From Octopus vulgaris (lineage: Eukaryota), in assembly GCA_951406725.2 (NCBI GenBank), contig OX597836.1, positions 31,372,001 through 31,436,000 of the forward strand: 64,000 bases of DNA. The letters are read 5' to 3'. Under the pieces are notes generated by a model. That model worked only from the letters and a program-made list of their open reading frames with translations, was not told the DNA's origin and searched no databases. Position numbers and translations under genes: made by a program. Shown in pieces: positions 26,585 through 39,636 of the stretch (position 1 is its first letter; every line of letters starts with the position of its first letter).

Positions 26585-27228
26585 TGAGCAGATAGAAGCA
26601 TTAACACACCGGACAAAATGTTTAGGAGCATTTTGTCTGTCTTTACATTCTGCCTTCAAATTCTGTTGATGTTGACTTCACCTTTCATGGTTCATGAAAT
26701 AAGTATCAGTCAAGCACAAGGGTCAACGTAATCAACTAGCCCCAACATCTTAAAAATTTCAGGCTGTGTACCTATAGTAGAAAGGATTATTACTATTATT
26801 AGAGCAGTAGATTTGCAGAATCCTTACTGTTGGGGGAAAAGGCTTTGCAGTATTTGTTCTGGCTTTACAATCTGAGTTCAAATCTTCTTGAGGACATCTT
26901 TGTCTTTCACTCCTTCAGGATCAATAAAATTCAGTGCCAGTCAAGCACTGGGGTGGATAGTATTGACTAAGACCTTCCCCATAAAATTGTTAGCTTTGTC
27001 CTAAATTAGAAATAATAATGATAATGATTTCAAATTTTTGTACCAAGGCCACCTTAGGGGTTATAAATCGATTAAATCAACCCCAGTGCTCTCAACTCGT
27101 ACTTATTCCATTGACTCCAAAAGAATGAAAAGCAAAGTCAATCTTGTAGGAATTTGAACTCAGAAGGTACATATGGACGAAAATACTGCTAATCACTTTG
27201 CTTGGTGTCCTAACGATTCTGCCAAACT
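26585..27228. mobile_element. Cluster of degenerate SINE A copies (two plus, one minus)
   Basis: ttcaaattctg..gacttcacctttcat motifs and their reverse complement. Confidence 0.7.
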
Positions 27229-27229
27229 T

Positions 27230-27615
27230 TTGCCGGTGGCACATAAAAAAGCACCAACCAAATGTGGCCGATGCCAGTACCCCCAGACTGGCTCCTGTGC
27301 AGGTGGCATGTAAAAGCACCAACAGATCATGGCTGATGCCAGTACCCACTGACTGGCTCTTGTGCCAATGGCATGTAAAAAGCACCATCTGAACGTGATC
27401 GATGCCAGGCCCGCCTGACTGGTTCCTGTGCTGGTGGCACACAAAAAGCACCCACTACACTCTTGGAGTGGTTGGCATTAGGAAGGGCATCAAGCTGTAG
27501 AAACACTGCCAGATTAGATCGGAGCCTGGTGCAGCCGCTGGCTCTCCAGACCATAGTCATACCGTCCAACCCATGCTAGCATGGAAAATGGACGTTAAAC
27601 GGTGGTGATGATGAT
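27230..27615 (+). mobile_element. RTE 3' UTR with about 55-bp internal repeats and tail
   Basis: Four ggtggcac(a/g)taaaaagcacc-type units; aggaagggcatcaagctgtagaaa; ggacgttaaacggtggtgatgatg. Confidence 0.85.
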
Positions 27616-28411
27616 GACACCAAGAAAATATAATCACACCACACAAAACTTAATCATAAGCAGCATGCAACCAGAATCCTCATGAATTGACCCAAATATT
27701 CAATGTCATAATCACAGAGGATCAGACAGCAGCTCATTTTGTAACATATGGTAGAACTACATCTCAATAACAAGCCTTTTACTTCAGACTCACAAAGCTC
27801 AGGTCAGACCCACAAATGATTGCTGTGTTAACATCTGGGATAGTGCTTGCTGTTGTTGCTATATACAGCTACTAGTAGCTGGATATAGCAACTGATTGGC
27901 ATAAAGTCAATCTCGCACAATTTAGCCTCTACTGTCCAAGCTTGTTTCTTTGCGTTTGTCACCACAAACTCGTTTAGGCTTAGCAGCCCTTGCTGTTTGT
28001 TTTCACTGTCAAAATGGGTGACAAAAGGTCACCCATTTTGACCCTCTGCAAAATCCCAAATTTTATTTAATTTGCTTTGTGGGAGAAACTGTTTTATCTA
28101 AGGCATATTTTGTCGTGAAATGCTCGAAATATGGATTAGAAAAATAGCCGACAACTGATGAAGGGTCATTGTTTGTGTCGTTTGTCTTGTTTTCCATTTT
28201 TTTTTGTTCATAAAGAAGTTGATTTTCCATGTCCTCGTACTTTTTGTTGTTTACGTTTTGTGACGTCCTGTGCCCACATATGCATATACGTATACATGTA
28301 AATATGTACATATACGTATGTATATATGCACACACATATATGCAAGCATATGCTCATATATATGCATGCATATGCACATATATATGCATGCATAAGCATA
28401 TATACACTCAC

Positions 28412-28450
<39 letters not shown>

Positions 28451-29100
28451 TATATATATATATACACACATATATATATATGCACACATATATATGTGCA
28501 TATATATATACATGCATATTTGTGTATATATACGTGTTTGTGTGTGTGTGTATATATATATATATATAAAATGTACGATGTGTTTGGGTATGTGTCAGTG
28601 TGCGACACGTAAACTCCACGAGGAACGTGATGGGATGGTAATGGAAAAAGATTCTAAGTGGCGACGCAATAAAAAGCACGAACTCTATCACATGCTGTCA
28701 TTCTCCATTTTGTGTGAATGGAAACATTTATCGAACACACAAACACATCATATATACAGGTTACAAAAGCACTAACAATACTCACAAACACAGCATAGAC
28801 AACAATGAAGCACTAACGGCACATGCACGCACGCACACACGCGCGAGTGCATATATATATAGGCAGCAATAAAGCACCAATACGCACGCACACACACACA
28901 CAGCTAATCAGATCATTCATCGATATGACTAAGTCATGAAAAATGACACCCTAAAGGGATAGTCGCCTTATTGGAAGAGTTACCTCCCTTACTTTCCTCC
29001 TGACTCATGCTTGTTTTAAAACGATGGAGACCAAAGTTTCCTTCGATTCATTCATTGACACCATGGATTATTTGCAAGAAAACAAACTATACCACACACA

Positions 29101-29136
<36 letters not shown>

Positions 29137-29689
29137 TATTATATTAAATTAGAGATAAAACCACTATTAGGCAAATCATACAATGAAAAACTTAAGCCAA
29201 TACATAAGATTATTTAATTTATATTATTTAAATATATAACAAAATTATTAAAAAAATATAATTAATATCTGATTTTTCCCTGTAAGTTTGGATTTATTCC
29301 CTAATATTTATTATATATAAATATATATATATATATACACGCAGCTCAAAAGTAAATAGACACCTGTTTTTTTTTTGAAAGATTTACTTCTAGAAATAAA
29401 GTAACGTCATTTGATGAATTCAAATTAAATACAGAATTTAATTTGAATTTAGTAAAGATGCGCAGTTTTTAATGATTTAAGCCCTTTGGCCTTCGTATCC
29501 ATGAATAGCGTTCACACATAAAACGGTAAAAATGACCGTGTGGTGTTACCTATATTTTTGAATAATTTGTCACTCATAAGCTCTACTAATTCTTCCTTCA
29601 TTAGCCACAAGGGCGATAAAAATACACTAGAAAAAAAAAATCTCCCAGCTTGGCAGTTTATCATCAATCAGTTACTCGACTGTATGTAA

Positions 29690-30230
29690 CCTTCTCCGAT
29701 CCCGGAAGTGATACACGACATCACAATTACTTTGGGGGTAGGATGGGGAGATGAGAGATTATAATCGATTAAATTGATTGCCTAGTAATTAACAAAATGA
29801 AGAAATCAAAAATGCTTTATTAAAAAAAAATACTTGGAGACATAAAAAAAATTGAATTGATTTTTTTTTTTCTTTCATCCAAATAAAAATAATGTAATAT
29901 TGATTACGCCAATATTACATTATATTATATTATATTATATTATATAGGGATGAACAGGACAAAATCACCGTTCCTGCCGTGCCAGAGTCGTCGTTTTAGA
30001 GATCTATAGGACTACAACCTCATCCAACCCCAACCGTTTCCCTCCTCCATTAAGGCTGCTAGTTGACTTGTGATGGCTGCAGAGGTTAATTTGCCGTTTA
30101 GTCCTCCGTGACCCCGTTCTAGCACTCACCCACCCACCCATAAACTGCACCTACTGGAATTCCTTCCACGCCCAATTTTCCTTCTGCAGACATTAACGGA
30201 TTAATTTGGGAGGATCCGTAAGAAAAAGTG
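29690..30230. promoter_or_regulatory. Possible promoter or first-exon region
   Basis: ETS consensus CCGGAAGTG at 29702-29710; CpG-retaining unique DNA; minus-strand donor TGG|gtgagt at 30129. Confidence 0.3.
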
Positions 30231-32148
30231 ATGAATACAACTACTGCACTTATCACACACAAACACACACACACGCGTATATATATATAAACATGTACGT
30301 ATACACACGCACACACGTGGGTATATATACATACGTACGTAAACAAGCATTCATAAGCTTATCAACAGCCAATGTAGTTACTCTGTAATTATCAACATTA
30401 TCTGCTCTGAAAGTGGTAGTTTGCACACCCTATCACTGGTAAACACACTACAAGCACTAAGTGGGTCTCTTCGCTGATTATTTACATCTATATTATTTCT
30501 GTTTCATAGGTTTCATCGTAGAACTTTACAATAGAGATGAGGGATCATCCATCTACATGATCACACAGCTTGCTGGAAATGGTAGCTAATTCTCCCTCAA
30601 ATGCATACCCCTCACTTCCTCAAATAATAATAATATAAATAAAGATTCATACTAAACTCTACCCCCAACATAATATAGGCTGGGGACCTAGAAATTATGT
30701 TACAAACTGCCGTTCAAACCGAAAAGATCCTAGGCTGGTCATAGATGGGGCGTTTTAAATCACAGGTCTGCTGGGTTAAGGCTGGCCCGTGGCTATACAA
30801 CATCAACACACACACAGAAGACGCAAGAGAAGGCAGGAAAAGAAGGAGAAGGAGTAAATAGGTTAAATAAGAAGTTGTTAATATGAAAGTATAAAGAAAA
30901 AAAAATCAAGAACAACAACAATATGAAGATGATTATTGTTATCTATAGCCAAGGACAACACTGATCAAACAAAACTATGTTCAAAGGCTTCCCAACTATG
31001 TCTGACTCTTTTGTACATCTGAGATTATTATCCACTGTATCTTTCACTTTAAGGTGGTACACAAATTAGTTTATAAGCAGCTGATCTATGTTATAGATCA
31101 GGGAAGAAAAATCGAGTACGTCTTCCTTGAGGAGCAGTCAACAGTTCATGAAACGGTCTGTCAGGAAACTCCCCTTTTCCTCCCCCAAATGTCAATAATA
31201 TAAAATGAATGTGCATACATTTTTATTTAATTCACATAAGGCATTATGATATTTCAATATATTTCAGGTCTTCTGGTTTACACCGTGTTGAGCATAGATA
31301 AATATTGTTAAATAAAATTGAAGTGATTTTAAACTCTTTAAAATCGCCAAATGCCACAGTAAAGAACTGTATCAATAGAAAACCTGTCTTCTGCATAGCC
31401 CTTTTGTTACCATATTTCTGTTCAATACACCAAACAGATCTATGATTAAAAAGCATTCAGTATATGGCAATTCCACTTGTTAGGGATATACAAGATTATG
31501 ACTAGTAGAATGCAATGTTTGAGGAAGACTTGGCTGCAATTTCTAGTAGTGGAACTACCATGCAGAGGCTTCACTGGAAGTGAGTGGGTGTAAAAATGAA
31601 ATAATTGCCTTTTAGTAAATATCTATGACAGGGCACTTACAAAAATTTTTTAGGGAGTTGCAAAGTCCTTGGGGAGTGAAAGGCGAGACACCAGAAATTA
31701 GAAGTGTGGGGGCGGAAATGACAAATGAAGCCTGGTGGACAGAGTACAATAAAGGAACAGAGGCTATTGTAATTGTAAAAAACAGGGGCAGATGAAACAG
31801 GAACACCTGGCAAAATGTAGGATGAGTTATCACACAACAAACAAGGTCAATGGAATTTTGGAATTTATCGCTTCCTGTTGACACAAAGGCCAGGATTGGG
31901 TTGATCAAAGGCATTCCAGCCTTAGCCCAGCTCATATATATATATATTTATTTAAAAAGGAGATGTGGAACACGAGTTGTGATATATAAAAAAAGGAAAT
32001 GAAGAAAATGCTGACAAAATAATTTAAGTAATTTAAGTAATTTAATTAGGTGAAAGTTCTTTTTACCGGTTGCGCATTTGTTATGCTTATCAAAAGAATT
32101 TTTTTTAAGAGAGATAGAGTTCCTTTCTGATAGATTTTTTCCTCTTAT

Positions 32149-32196
<48 letters not shown>

Positions 32197-32379
32197 TGCA
32201 AAATGGGACAAGAACGCAAAACATCCGGATAGCTAGGTGATACAAAAATGGGACAACAAAACATCCAGATAGACGATACAAAGAAAACAAGGACGGGTCA
32301 TTCGAAGCCCTCTAATCCTCAGTCAAGTACTAGATTGTCCTATCTTTTAGTAGCTCGGTCAACGGCCTACGTCATCCTC

Positions 32380-32850
32380 AGGTGTTGGCTACTCCCAGCG
32401 AGTTGAATACCTATTTCTTTATTACCCACAAAAAGGCTAAACATAGAGGGGACAAACAAGGACAGACATAGGTATTAAGTCGATTACATCGACCCCAGTG
32501 AGTAACTGGTGCTTAATTTATCGACCCCGAAAGGATGAAAGGCAAAGTCGACCTCGGCGGAATTTGAACTCAGAACGCAGCGAGTTGAATACCATGAATC
32601 GCCATCTCAGTTTTTCTTGTGCTGTCCTTAACGCATTCAGTGTATTTCAATACGCCACTTTGATATTATCCATAGTTATAATTCATAGTTTTCTTCTTCC
32701 TCTCTTCCCATCCATTCTGAATTCTATTAAGAACTTCTGTAAACCAATTTCTTCTAATTAAATCTCCAAAATATTTTAGCTTTCTCTTTTTGATAGTGTC
32801 TTCTATTTGGCCCACATCAAAGACATTTTATCTTTGCACGGATTACACTC
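32380..32850 (-). mobile_element. RTE LINE 3' relic
   Basis: Reverse complement translates, with frameshifts, to TIKKRKLKYFGDLIRR..LIEFRMDGKRGRRK..MDNIK..RTAQEKLRWRFMV. Confidence 0.75.
32412..32577 (-). mobile_element. 5'-truncated young SINE A inserted in the RTE relic, 16-bp TSD
   Basis: cagcgagttgaatacc at 32396-32411 and 32578-32593. Confidence 0.92.
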
Positions 32851-33290
32851 TCTACATTTCTAGAAGGTGGAACTGTTGTTAGAAAGGTTCAGTGGAGCAT
32901 ATTGTCCCCAATATATAATTTTTTTCCCTAGCAGATGTCATTCGTTGTTGAGGAAGTGCCGCAGTCGATAAAATCTACTCCAATACACGACAGCTGTTCT
33001 ATCTACTCGAACCCAGAAGATGAAATGTAAACTCAGAAATATTAGTGGGGAAAAAACATGACTAGACACCGCATGGAGTTATAACCAGCTATTCTGTCGA
33101 TTCAACAAATAAACCACCGAATCAGCGATTCAATGAAACTTCTACATGGTCAATAGATATACTAAAAATAACAGCCAATCCCCTCTCAAATCACACTCCA
33201 CCGTCTTTAAAAAGAAAAGTATAAAGAATGTAGGTTACTTTCCTATTATCGACAGCCAACTGGCCAATTTTTATTATCATTATTATTATT

Positions 33291-33610
33291 ATTTACAAAT
33301 GAATTAATAAATAAATTCCTGAGACAGGTGTAATATTCGTTCGTCGGACTTTCAGAATAGCTATCTTTACCTCATGCAGACTTTCCTTAAACCTAACCCT
33401 AAGAGGGCAAGGAATTGCGGGAATGTTTCGTTCTGGGAAATAATAATTTTTTTAAAGCAAAACATTTCTGTTTTTAAATTATTTTTGCGCTCCTATTCCG
33501 TGTCCTTTTCCAGTAAAATTTTACAAGTGCTTTTCTCCATGAGGTAAGTGATAGCTATTCCGAAACTCCACCGATTTACACCCGTTTCACGAATGTAATT
33601 GCTTAGTAAA
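33291..33610. mobile_element. MITE with about 85-bp imperfect TIRs and internal telomere-like cctaaccctaa
   Basis: gaatagctatctttacctcatg versus catgaggtaagtgatagctattc; tgagacaggtgtaa versus ttacacccgtttca. Confidence 0.65.
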
Positions 33611-34322
33611 TAATAATAATAATAATAATTCGTTCGTTTATTGGCCACAAGGGCTAACAAAAATCAATTAAAACATAAAGGGACAAAACACAGGACGAAA
33701 GTTACAAAGGGTTTTGTCCGTTTGAAAAAGTCCGTGTATATAATAATAATAATAATAATAATTGGTTGCCGATAATTGGAAAGTACCGAAGATAGTAAGT
33801 GTGAGAATAAATTAAGCTTGAAGAGACGAGATGGTCATGGCTTGGAATACTGTTCGGTCAGGCTTAACCCGAGGCGGAGTATTCGCCTCAGGACTCACAC
33901 GAAATAGCATCTAAAATTGTCTCAAATGTAGTTGCTTTTACTTAGATATTATAATCGTAGATAACATATGATGCCCTGTGATCAGGTTACAGTAATCAAG
34001 AGAGGATGCCTCAAGTGTAAGCAATAACAAATGTCTGTTGATATCACTGAGAGAGAAAATAACTTTGCTAACATAACTTCCAGTGTTCATTTATAAACAT
34101 GTTTTCCGAAGTATGTCATCATTACATACTTTGATCTTCATCTACATCCATAGAAACACAATGATATCACACACCCACACAAACACACACGTTTTGCGTA
34201 TACAACGCACACATATTATTTAAACCGAATTCTGGATAGAAATGAAAAAGATGTTTACTTTGTTCAATATTGTCTGCATGCAATCACACATTTATATCAC
34301 ACTCACAAGAAGAAATAACGTG

Positions 34323-34394
<72 letters not shown>

Positions 34395-34494
34395 TTATGG
34401 TATGGAAATCTTGAGATAGTTGAAACGTTTCCACGTTTTGTCGCAGTAGTGTTTGTGGGAGTACACACAGATGTATTATGTGTGTGCGTGTATG

Positions 34495-34525
<31 letters not shown>

Positions 34526-36454
34526 TAGCGCGGACGCGATCCTATCTAATTCTATTCCAGCCTATGTCTTGTAAAATGTAAGTAGATCTTGATACCGACA
34601 GAATTCCCTGTGGCATTTATTTCATCACATACAACGTCCAAAAGCCAGCAGATGTTCCTGCTTTTCTTATTTATCGTACAACCACCGATACCTTCAAGTC
34701 TTTCTCCCACTATCCCCTTTACCAAATGATTCCTTCAATAGACACAGTCATACAGAGGCGATAGGTGGAACAAAAACCATCAACATTAAATGCATTCTAA
34801 CAGGTGCTGTACAAGACTGCAAAATAAGGTAGAATGAGGGAACAGTTAATTACATTGAACCCTTGTATTTAACTCGTATATATTTTATCGTTCCCAGTTA
34901 AGGGATGCAAAGATGAAAGGCAAAATTGACTCGAATGGAAATTGAACTCAGGACGTAAAGAGGCGTGACTAAGTACACTAATATTTTTTTTTTACTACAG
35001 GCACAAGGCCTGAATTTTTTTTGTGGGGAGCGGGGCAGTCTGTTATTGATAACAGTCCTTTCCAGCATAGGTACAGGGCCTCAAATTTAAATGGGGGGAA
35101 AGAATGTGTTTGTCGGTTATTGCATCGACCGACCAGGTGATTTGTAACGGGTACAAGGTCGAAAATAAGGTCCAAGTGGATAACGTCAAACTTGCAGTAC
35201 TTAGTCAACTGACATCCGGCAAGGCTAAAAAAACAATACTGCCCAAGTCAACATTCGAACAAGAAAATGTGAAGAGACTTAATATGATCGCTAAGGCACG
35301 GACAACTACCATTTTAGGGACCTAGAAGAATTCAGGGGGAGGTAATTAGTTGGGTTTGGCGTGCTAACAACCACTTTACCAGAATCATTCGTTCGGATGG
35401 AATTGTGTGGGAAGAGGGTCGAAATTTGTGGCGTAAATTAATGAGAATATCGATACTTGGGTCAATTTATGTAACAATATATTTCATACTGGTATTCTTT
35501 GAATTGAATGAATATTTTAAAATACTTTTTTGAAACTGGATAAACCACATTTATTAAACAAATTATGATTATAAGTATTATGGCATATCTACACAAGTTT
35601 GTTCTTCATAGCTTTCACAGAAAAAGACATTTTAATAAAAAATGAAATTCTGCCGTCTCAGCCTTGAGGAAAACAAAGCCAAGGCGTGTGAATCTTTCGA
35701 AACTCCTCTTCCCCCCACACCTTTGAGTATTTTTTTTTTTTTTTCACACAATAGATTCCGATATAATTGGAGTTCACACTTAGTGAAAGTTCTGAGAAAA
35801 CAAATCGGTAGTGGGTGGGACACGTTTGTGTAGGTTTACCAACATTATTTCCCAGCTAACAAATCTATTTTATTTACATAAAAAGCCCCCGATGAGAAGA
35901 AAAATTTCTATATATCTCTCGTCCGATTCCAGCAGTTTGTAAAAATGGTTTCACTGTGATTACCTGCCCCTGAGTCTTCGAGGAACCCTTAATGATCGAT
36001 GAAGACCGGAATTTGAAATAATTTCCCACTATAGGCACAAGGGCTGACATTTCGATGGGAGACAGCTGATCGATTATCTAGATCCCTAGTGTTTCAACTG
36101 GTACTTATTGCAATCAACCCCGAAAGATGAAAGGCAAAATCGAACTCAGCAGAATTTGAAATAATGATTTCTTTTTATCTTTTATATAAACAAGGTTTTT
36201 TTAACATAGCGGACAAGGCCGCACACATTAGATAGGGAATGGTACACACACACATATTGTCAATTATATCAATTATATTTTCATGTTAGTTGTACATGAA
36301 AAGTTGGAATCTAAAGGAAACATTGGAAGGGATGAGAGGCAAAGGTGAGATTTGAACCGATAGTGAACAGAAGCAGCGTGTTGCGGAATAAACATTCAAA
36401 AATTTAGAGAGACAGAAAGAGAGAAAATGCATATATATCCACTTATCACTCTCT

Positions 36455-36721
36455 CCCTATATATATATATATATATATACACCCACACTATCACATATAC
36501 ATATATATATATACACTATCACACATATATATATATCCACACTATCACACACATATATATATATATCCACACTATCACACACACATATATATATATCCAC
36601 ACTATCACATATATATATATATATATCCACACTATCATATATATATCCACACTATCATATATATATATATATATATATCCACACTATCATATATATATAT
36701 ATATATATATATATCCACACT

Positions 36722-36757
<36 letters not shown>

Positions 36758-36890
36758 CACACTATCATATATATATATATACATCCACACTATCATATAT
36801 ATATATATACCCACACTATCATATATATATATATATATATATATACCCACACTATCATATATATATATATATATATATACCCACACATAC
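36455..36890. repeat. Minisatellite: CCACACTATCA plus variable (TA)n spacer
   Basis: More than a dozen repeats of ccacactatca. Confidence 0.95.
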
Positions 36891-37649
36891 TGAAAGGTAA
36901 ATTGATAGTATTCAAACATTAAAACAGAATATTTTTTCTGCTGATATAAAAGATATATATATATATATATATATATGTTGAAGAAATAAATACGTAACAG
37001 AATAAGCGAAATATTGACAAACCTTTTTCGTCGAAGTTCGTTTCGATGGCATTCCTCACCAATGTGGAACTCATCTTTGGTTATTTTGGGGTTATTCAAG
37101 TTGTTTTAAGGTTACCAATTAGTAAAATATGTTATTCACGAATCAACAACAGAAATTTCTGACCCAACGTAAGGGGGTTCATGTGTAGGTAAATCGAACA
37201 CTTGGTTAATAATACAGATGTGATGTGGTGAATATATGTATATAGATATATATATATATGTATATATATTGTAGGAATACCCTGTAGTTTGGTAGTCAAT
37301 ATATTGTGTATGTGTGTGTATAGAGAAGGTGTGAGACAGAGGAAGAAGGGGTTAAGTTGAATTGGTGGCCAACATTATGTAAAAATGGCCAGGAAGAGAG
37401 AATAAAAGAAATAGTAACCACCAAGGCCCTCACGACACTCTGTTGTCTTTTTGTAAACCGTCTCTTTCTTGCTTTCTTATTTAAACTCTCGTTGTAACAG
37501 GGCGAGATTACAACGAGAACTTTAAACTAGCTCGCATCTAACATCTATCTATTCCCAATATCATTCCGTATCCATTCCTATTTTGATATATCGTTCATTC
37601 TATTCTGCTATTCTGTTGTTCACTCCTCCGTGAGAATGTGTGTTCGTTT

Positions 37650-38220
37650 TTCTTTTAGTATTCATTCTCTTTCTCTCTCTCTCTCTTACCTTTTTTTTTT
37701 TGCTCCTTCCTCTCACTCTTTCTCTCTCCCCTCCCTTTTCACTCTTCTCTCCCCTCCTTTTTCACTCCTGTTTCTCTCTTTCTCTCTCCCCTCCGTTTTC
37801 ACCCCTGTTTCTCTCTTTCTCTCTCTCCTCCCTTTTCACTCCTGTTTCTCTCTCTGTCTCTCTTCCACGCTTTCTTACTCAGCACTTTATCTTCTACTCT
37901 TTCTATATATATATATTACTCTCTCACTCTATCTTTTACTCACTCTTTCTCGCCTTCTTATTCTATCTGCTACTCCCTCTATATATATTTTGCTCTTTCT
38001 CTCTTTCGCTTTCTGATTCACTCACTCTATCCTCTACTCTCACTGTATGTTTTGCTCTCTCTCACGCACACTATTTCCTACTCCCTCTCTCTCTCTCTAT
38101 TTCACTTTGTAACTTTATTATTTGGTTTCTCTATATACTTTGCTCTCTCACGCCTTCTATTTTCTACTCTCTTTCTCTTTCTCATTCACTCTATATCCTA
38201 CTTTCTCTATATATTATTTG

Positions 38221-38254
<34 letters not shown>

Positions 38255-38260
38255 TAATGT
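37650..38260 (+). repeat. CT-rich polypyrimidine low-complexity tract
   Basis: Direct inspection. Confidence 0.9.
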
Positions 38261-38978
38261 TAATACCACGTTTTCTTTTATGACTACTCCTACTACTACC
38301 AACTACCACCACTATCACTACATTCTATACTAACACCGCTACTACCATCTCCAACAACGCTACCACCAACACTGCTATCACTACTAACACTACAACCGCT
38401 GTCACCTCCACCACCAACAACAACAACAACAACACTACCACCACAACCACCACCACTGCTACAACAGCTACTGCTCTTTTCTGCACTTGTCACTTCAGCT
38501 CTTCTCTACAGAACGTGATTTCTACTATATCGATTCTTTTCTTTATGCTGTTGTTTGTCTCAGGTGATCGATTCCTATAACTATATCGATCGATTCCACT
38601 ATTCCGCTATTCCTTCGATCATATTCTCACGATTGCTTGTCCGCGATTCCGTCATCTCACGGCGTTTACTCACTCTTTTCTCACACGGCCTTTCACTTTC
38701 ACTCTCTCTATTTCTATCTCTGTCTTTCGCTCTTTCCCTCTCTCCCGTCACATTAATTCTTCCTTCCTTCCCTTCTCTTCTTCCTCACTCATTTCTCTCT
38801 ACTTTCTCTCCCCCCCCCTCTCTCGGAATATTCTACCCACATTGATTCTCTAATTCCGTTATCGCGCTCTCGTGATTGCCACTCCTGATAACATATACAT
38901 TCATCCAGAGCCTTGCACCACCACCACCACCACCACCACCACTACTACCATCATATCAGTGTGGTGTGATGGTGGAGA

Positions 38979-38979
<1 letters not shown>

Positions 38980-39024
<45 letters not shown>

Positions 39025-39044
39025 GTTACTACTGTTACTACTGT

Positions 39045-39081
<37 letters not shown>

Positions 39082-39083
39082 GT

Positions 39084-39126
<43 letters not shown>

Positions 39127-39128
39127 GT

Positions 39129-39162
<34 letters not shown>

Positions 39163-39164
39163 GT

Positions 39165-39222
<58 letters not shown>

Positions 39223-39223
39223 G
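38980..39223. repeat. (TAC)n microsatellite with TGT interruptions
   Basis: Direct inspection. Confidence 0.95.
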
Positions 39224-39359
39224 TATCAGTTCGATAGGTAATTATACGTGAACACGGGCGTCTACTACAATTGTATCTATATCTAATGTGGTGGTAGAGG
39301 GGAAGGGCAAGGACTACTACTACTACTACTACTACTACTTGTAAGTTCCCCTCAACATC

Positions 39360-39480
39360 CCTGCTGACGTTCGCTCTGGCATTGACTTTTGTGACGTCAT
39401 ATTAGTTGCCAGGAAGTAGTAATACGAAACTGGAAACACCTCAGTTGATCATCTTCTTACCTGCATCCCATCATCTATAA
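39360..39480. promoter_or_regulatory. Candidate cis-regulatory cluster
   Basis: Full CRE TGACGTCA at 39392-39399, half-CRE TGACG at 39365, ETS-like CAGGAAGT at 39410-39417. Confidence 0.35.
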
Positions 39481-39636
39481 CTTTATACTGCCGTACTTTA
39501 CTTCATTACATACACTTTATTTACTTCCACATAAAAGGTAAAACGACCATAATAGCCATAAATGGTTTATATATATATATATATATATATAGGTTTATAT
39601 ATATATATATATATATATTCTTTCTCTTTCTCTTTT

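Noticed and set aside
30190-30217. Plus-strand micro-exon DINGLIWEDP
   Set aside because: Splice sites are plausible but no partner exons or homology support it
36455-36890. CRISPR-like repeat-spacer appearance
   Set aside because: Repeat is only 11 bp, spacers are TA runs, context is eukaryotic and there are no cas genes
37630-38333. Leu/Ser/Phe-rich membrane-protein-like ORFs
   Set aside because: Translation of CT low-complexity DNA
38872-39241. Poly-Thr mucin-like and poly-Leu ORFs
   Set aside because: Products of the (TAC)n microsatellite
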